Below are positions 18,402 to 22,583 of a DNA stretch of 22,583 nucleotides, piece by piece (the first letter of the stretch is position 1; each line of letters opens with the position of its first letter). This DNA comes from a virus (taxonomy: Duplodnaviria > Heunggongvirae > Uroviricota > Caudoviricetes): positions 1-22,583 of the IMG/VR virus record IMGVR_UViG_2724679236_000013; one strand, given 5' to 3'. The notes under the pieces are model-generated. The model had not been told where the DNA came from. It ran no database searches and was given only the letters and a program-made list of their open reading frames with translations. The position numbers and the translations under genes were made by a program.

Positions 18402-19817
18402 TCAACCTACACCACAAGGAATTGAGTAACTGGAATAGTCGGGTTGCGCAGCCGACTCCGGGCAATGCATACACATCATCAGCGCATCAGCCAGGTTAGG
18501 AGATGGAATACCGAGCTTCTGCTTCATTTCGACCTTAGTCATTAGCTCCAGCTTCCCGTTGTTATTGAATTTGCGCTGAATCTGCGTCAGTTCTGCAAAC
18601 AGCTTCTCCAGCATCTTCTCGCCTATCGCTTCTTTGTCGAAACTCAGCATGTCGTCGGGGTCTGCATACTCACCGTAAACAACCGCCCGATATGTCAGAT
18701 ACAGCCTGTCAGCCAGCGCGTAATAGAATTGCGCTCGCTTATTGCGGAACACATCACCAATAGTGCGAACGTTGTCGCCCTGTACGACTTCATCAGCCCA
18801 TGCTCCGGCCTGATACGGCGCATCTTCATCGAATGGCGATTCACTGCCCTTGAACATCGTGGCGGTGATTTTCTTGCCGGAGAACGCTTCCGTTGTCTGT
18901 CTGCGTAGGCCCGCACCAACACCATCACCATCCCACAGGTAATGGTCAGCACCGTCTTCAATCGCCAGCGAAGTTGCCCAGTCAGCACCTTCATTGATGT
19001 CCATCAGCAGACCTTCGGCAATGCGCTTAACAACCGAACCGTGACGCGATGCATAACCTTTAGCATCCGGCCCTGTATCTGACGGGTCATGCGCAGAGAC
19101 AACAGCGCCTTTCGCTTTCCATCCGAGTTTCTTGTGCGCATCGGTTGCGGCTTCAAGCCATTCACGTTTGATGATTGCCATATCACTTGCGCTTACTGGC
19201 TCACCAAGCCAGATGTGACGATACAGTGTCGGATTTCTGCGTTTGCACTCTTCCATCTCCAGACGGAGAACTTCAGGAAAGTGCGGGTTGTCGGTGTAGT
19301 TCACCGTCAGCAGACAAATATCATCGGGAGGATTTACGACGAATCGCTGATAGGTATCGTCGAGTATGTTCTTCGGGTTAAAGCTCACCCATATTTCGGA
19401 AAACGGCTTGCGGATGGTTGGTATCAGGATATCCCATGATTCCTTCGTTACCGCTTCCGCTTCTTCCACCCAGCAGATATCAATGCCTTCGAGCGATTTA
19501 ATCTTCGTCGGGTTGTTTTTGATGCCGTAGAACATGAATTCAGCATTCGTTCCGAGATGACGAATCATGGAACGCTGAATTTCAAACTCAGCCGAATACC
19601 CTTCACGCTCGATGGTATCTTCAAGCAGCCGGATTACCGAATCGCTGATACTGTTTTGCAGTTCACGAGCGCAGAGAATACGCACTGGCTGACGACGCGC
19701 CGCTTCAACAAGCAGCCTAGCAATTGCCCATGACTTACCGCTACCTCGACCGCCTTTGGCGACTTTGTAGCGATGCGCCTCAATGAACGGTTCAAAGATA
19801 GGATTAATCGAGGTCAT
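18402..19817 (-). CDS. Terminase large subunit, 471 aa
   Basis: Walker A motif KGGRGSGKS near the N-terminus; acidic nuclease-like C-terminal half; start overlaps the small terminase stop (ATGA); followed by the portal gene. Confidence 0.9.
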   Translation of the reverse strand: MTSINPIFEPFIEAHRYKVAKGGRGSGKSWAIARLLVEAARRQPVRILCARELQNSISDSVIRLLEDTIEREGYSAEFEIQRSMIRHLGTNAEFMFYGIKNNPTKIKSLEGIDICWVEEAEAVTKESWDILIPTIRKPFSEIWVSFNPKNILDDTYQRFVVNPPDDICLLTVNYTDNPHFPEVLRLEMEECKRRNPTLYRHIWLGEPVSASDMAIIKREWLEAATDAHKKLGWKAKGAVVSAHDPSDTGPDAKGYASRHGSVVKRIAEGLLMDINEGADWATSLAIEDGADHYLWDGDGVGAGLRRQTTEAFSGKKITATMFKGSESPFDEDAPYQAGAWADEVVQGDNVRTIGDVFRNKRAQFYYALADRLYLTYRAVVYGEYADPDDMLSFDKEAIGEKMLEKLFAELTQIQRKFNNNGKLELMTKVEMKQKLGIPSPNLADALMMCMHCPESAAQPDYSSYSIPCGVG

Positions 19818-20239
19818 TTTCCGAATAGAGTGCTCATCGGTGATGTTTCAATCTGGATTGCGCCGCCGTCTTTGCCGACAAGCTCGTTAGTTACCTTGTC
19901 GCCATACTTACGGGGATTCATTCGGGCCAGCGCCCATTTGCGGGTATCAACGCGAAGTCTTGCCTTTGCCACCTCAGCAGCATCTGGAATCGCATTGTCA
20001 GCAATTTCGAATATCTCTTCGAAAATAGAATCAGCTCGTGCCTCAGTTGCCTTCGCGTACTTGTCTCTAAATTCTTCATGCTCTGACAGCCAGCGAAATA
20101 CAGTAGCCTTTGCTGGCATGCCGGGGCGCTTGCAAACCTTAACCAGACTTTCCCCGGAGGCAAGCAGCGCACAGATATCATCAGCCACCTCCGGCAGGTA
20201 ATCCGAAGGGCGACCGACATTCTTTTTCTCAGTCGCCAT
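19814..20239 (-). CDS. Terminase small subunit, Sf6 gp1 type, 141 aa
   Basis: The sequence (…GRPSDY.PEVADDIC.LL.SGESL.KVCKRPGMP…TVFRWL…FRDKYAKATEARADS…) matches my recollection of the Sf6 small terminase and not P22 gp3. Immediately upstream of, and overlapping, the large terminase. Confidence 0.8.
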   Translation of the reverse strand: MATEKKNVGRPSDYLPEVADDICALLASGESLVKVCKRPGMPAKATVFRWLSEHEEFRDKYAKATEARADSIFEEIFEIADNAIPDAAEVAKARLRVDTRKWALARMNPRKYGDKVTNELVGKDGGAIQIETSPMSTLFGK

Positions 20240-20318
20240 ATTGATTATTTCCCTTCTGCTTGCTTATCCCATTCATCGCGGAATTTGGATGGGTTGTCGA
20301 AACCTTGAGTTGCCATGT

Positions 20319-20561
20319 TTATGCTCCGGTAGTGAACAGGTCTAACGCTTCCTTCGATTTACGCACCGCTTCGATAGTTCTGGTCGTGATATCTGAATTA
20401 GCGCCGCCTGACTGGAAGTGAATTTTGAATAGCTCAAGCTTCAGCTCGTCAGTGCCAATGAATTGAAATGCTTCCTCTGCGGCTGCGTTCTGGTTCATGA
20501 CCAGTTTGTAAATCTCTAGCTGGAATTTCTGTTCTTCAGTCATGGGAATAATCTCTGCCAT
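20319..20561 (-). CDS. Hypothetical protein, 80 aa, upstream of terminase
   Basis: ORF with a ribosome-binding site in the accessory block between lysis and packaging genes; P22-like phages carry small conserved ORFs here. No recognisable domain. Confidence 0.5.
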   Translation of the reverse strand: MAEIIPMTEEQKFQLEIYKLVMNQNAAAEEAFQFIGTDELKLELFKIHFQSGGANSDITTRTIEAVRKSKEALDLFTTGA

Positions 20562-20664
20562 TATTGGCTCCGTTTATCCGTTAAAAGGGATATCAGTTAA
20601 GTTATCCCGTGCAGGGTATAAGCCATTATCAAAGCCACTCTGTAGGGAATGGCTTTTGTAATAA

Positions 20665-21021
20665 CTACTGTTCGCTTATCTTCTGCTTCAGCAAGTAACC
20701 TTCGAGCATCCAGATTTTGTTTACAGCATTCTGCCGGGCAATCTTCCGACCAATTTCTGCATCAAAGTTTTCCGGGCTTGCACAGGCACTCTCTCCGGTG
20801 ACGGTGAAGCCATTCTTCAGCACCAGTACGCAGAAAGTAAGGAGGTCTGTAGATTTATGCGCTGTCCACGCATCGCCAACGCCCATATTGGCGGCACGAA
20901 TACCGTCATAAGCAGTAAAGAAATGCTCTTCAAGAATGATGCTTTCGATATATTGGGGCGTAACGCGCGGTGCCGTTTTGCCTTTCTCAACGATTTCTTT
21001 TTCGATTTGCTGGTCGTTCAT
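20665..21021 (-). CDS. Hypothetical protein, 118 aa (possibly the N4 gp49 / Sf6 gp66-like family)
   Basis: Position and size are consistent with that family of unknown function, often found upstream of terminase in P22-like phages. The family assignment is tentative and from memory. Confidence 0.45.
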   Translation of the reverse strand: MNDQQIEKEIVEKGKTAPRVTPQYIESIILEEHFFTAYDGIRAANMGVGDAWTAHKSTDLLTFCVLVLKNGFTVTGESACASPENFDAEIGRKIARQNAVNKIWMLEGYLLKQKISEQ

Positions 21022-21208
21022 AATTATGACCCTGTAGAGTGGTTGCTTGATTAGGATGTCTTTCCATCAGTCCGCCACCACAAAGAATCTTTTTTGCCAT
21101 AAGGCTGGAGGTTCATCTTTCAGTGGCTGCCAGTGTTATTTCCCCACTTACTGGCTTGGGTTGTTTCGCTGTACTGCCGTAATGCAAAAACTGGATTAAC
21201 CTGCGAAA

Positions 21209-21739
21209 TCACACCATTCCGGGCAAATACATTTGCACTTCATTTGCCGCTCTCTCACGTGCAACATGAAGCAATCTTTTTCGCCCACCAACGCCCCACT
21301 TAGCCATTTGGCTTGCGCACTGGCTTATCGCTTTGGTTTCAGTATTGATGATGTGATCGATTCTATTCAGACGGGACATTGCGCCAACGCCGAGACGGAC
21401 AACCGTTTTGAAAACTTCATAAACTTCGATTTCAAATTCCGGCTTAATCCATGCTGCATATCTGATTGCCAGAAGTTCAACACCCCACACACCTGGTTCT
21501 GCACCACCTTTGATTATTTTAAGTGGTTGAATTTGTTCCAAAGTGCTTTTTTGCACTTTGGCCTCCAGTGCTTTTATGAAGCGTTTTATCTGCGCGCTAC
21601 GCAAAAACTGGCTTGGGCGCTGTTGCTCTGTAGCCTCTCCATTTGCAACTGCTGCTGCATGGAGATCGTTTAAGTTGTAGCGTCCATCCTCATCAACACG
21701 AACGGACACGCCATTGACAATAACTGTTGGGTACTTCAT
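21209..21739 (-). CDS. KilA-N domain DNA-binding protein, 176 aa
   Basis: N-terminal segment (VIVNGVSVRVDEDGRYNLNDLHAAA...QRPSQFLRSAQIKRFIKAL) fits the KilA-N/APSES-like pattern common in phage accessory proteins. Confidence 0.55.
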   Translation of the reverse strand: MKYPTVIVNGVSVRVDEDGRYNLNDLHAAAVANGEATEQQRPSQFLRSAQIKRFIKALEAKVQKSTLEQIQPLKIIKGGAEPGVWGVELLAIRYAAWIKPEFEIEVYEVFKTVVRLGVGAMSRLNRIDHIINTETKAISQCASQMAKWGVGGRKRLLHVARERAANEVQMYLPGMV

Positions 21740-21886
21740 CAGTGATCACCTTTTAGTGATGAACCTTGTCACACAGGATTCCGGCCCACAGAAAGGCACC
21801 GATCACCAAACCGGCATCCTCAAGGGTCATCCTGAAAGGTTCTGTGTTCATAAGTCGCGCGTGTGAAGCGCGTTTACTGCGGACAT

Positions 21887-21909
21887 AAAAAAGCCCCGCA
21901 TCGCGAGGC
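21887..21909 (-). terminator. Putative rho-independent terminator downstream of Rz
   Basis: GC-rich 7-bp stem (one mismatch) GCCTCGC / GCGGGGC with a 3-nt loop, followed on the minus strand by six T. Confidence 0.45.
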
Positions 21910-21942
21910 TCATTAAATGGACTTTGTGATTTGCAAAAAAAA

Positions 21943-22380
21943 TTATTTCAGGCACTGAGTCCTGATGTATTCCTGCAGGTAGTTAACCTGCGCGGTTATC
22001 CTGTCGATTCCACTTCGGAGACGGTAATAATTGAGTTCAGCATCTGCTGTAAGTCTTGGGCTTTCTCCATCGCCCATGCTGCTGGCTCCGGTCGTTGACT
22101 TTGCACAGGTGGCGGCGACTTGCAGGCGCTTACGACCAGCAGAAACATCAGCACGGAGACTTTCGATAGTCGCGTTAGCATCAGCAAGCTCCTTTGTGTA
22201 TCTGGCGTCAAGTTCTGCTACATCACGTTGACGCTTCTGCATGTCAGCGATTGTGGATGTGGCCTTATCGCGCTGCTCTTTGTAGGCGATGGCGTTATCA
22301 CGGTAATGATTAACCGCCCATGACAGGCAGACGATGATGCAGATAACCAGAGCGGAGATAATCGCGGTTACTCTGTTCAT
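21943..22380 (-). CDS. Rz: Rz i-spanin, 145 aa
   Basis: The protein (…[36 protein letters not shown]…) is highly similar to lambda Rz as I recall it. Start taken at the ATG that overlaps the lysozyme stop (ATGA), not the upstream Met used by the ORF track. Confidence 0.85.
   Translation of the reverse strand: MNRVTAIISALVICIIVCLSWAVNHYRDNAIAYKEQRDKATSTIADMQKRQRDVAELDARYTKELADANATIESLRADVSAGRKRLQVAATCAKSTTGASSMGDGESPRLTADAELNYYRLRSGIDRITAQVNYLQEYIRTQCLK
21996..22181 (-). CDS. Rz1: Rz1 o-spanin lipoprotein, embedded in the +1 frame of Rz (~61 aa)
   Basis: An ORF lying wholly inside Rz encodes a signal-peptide-like hydrophobic stretch with a lipobox-like VSAC followed by a Pro-rich segment ([16 protein letters not shown]), the lambda Rz1 architecture. 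Exact start uncertain. Confidence 0.65.
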   Translation of the reverse strand: MLTRLSKVSVLMFLLVVSACKSPPPVQSQRPEPAAWAMEKAQDLQQMLNSIITVSEVESTG

Positions 22381-22583
22381 TGCTGACCCCACAAACAGAT
22401 TTCACGCTCAATCTCACGACGAGTCATGAGACCTTTCCATTGCTTACCGCCAGCATATGTCCAGCGACGTAGCTGATCACATGCGCCTTTGATATCGCCC
22501 TGGTTTATTTTGCGAAGAAGCTTCGATGTTCTGAAATTGCCTGTGCCCACGTTATAGACGAACGAGTAAAGAGCGCCGCGCGT
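22377..22583 (-). CDS. Endolysin (lysozyme), 3' portion only; N-terminus lies beyond the window
   Basis: Hand translation of the minus strand gives …[65 protein letters not shown], a lambdoid lysozyme C-terminus; its stop overlaps the Rz start. Confidence 0.7.
   Translation of the reverse strand, partial: TRGALYSFVYNVGTGNFRTSKLLRKINQGDIKGACDQLRRWTYAGGKQWKGLMTRREIEREICLWGQQ

Noticed and set aside
1-22583. Searched for a CRISPR array, tRNA genes, integrase, attachment sites and insertion sequences
   Set aside because: No spaced direct repeats, no tRNA-like cloverleaf regions recognisable by eye, and no integrase or transposase-like ORFs; the window starts at the tailspike stop and ends inside the lysozyme gene, so the integration module lies outside it.

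Overview
This window is about 22.6 kb of the late/virion region of a P22-like (Sf6-type) enterobacterial podovirus or prophage, almost all encoded on the minus strand, so the phage map runs from high to low coordinates. No searches were run: every call rests on reading the supplied translations, remembered similarity to P22/Sf6/lambda proteins, gene order and sequence-level signals (ribosome-binding sites, overlapping stop/start codons, hairpins). From 22583 down to 1 the order is: the 3' end of a lysozyme gene, Rz with embedded Rz1, a terminator, three accessory genes (KilA-N, 118 aa, 80 aa), small and large terminase, portal, scaffold, coat, a small ORF, gp4, gp10, an inserted HNH-AP2 endonuclease gene, tail needle gp26, gp14, ejection proteins gp7/gp20/gp16, a variable cargo island, an immI-like region (two tandem Mnt-like genes divergent from arc-ant), and the tailspike, whose stop codon sits at positions 1-3. 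The most interesting part is the cargo island at 4191-5813, where P22 carries sieA: a YafO-family-like toxin ORF is translationally coupled to an upstream 188-aa protein with no recognisable antitoxin fold, with a divergent 140-aa unknown ORF alongside. This is a candidate undescribed toxin-antitoxin, abortive-infection or exclusion module. No tRNA, CRISPR array, integrase or attachment site is visible.
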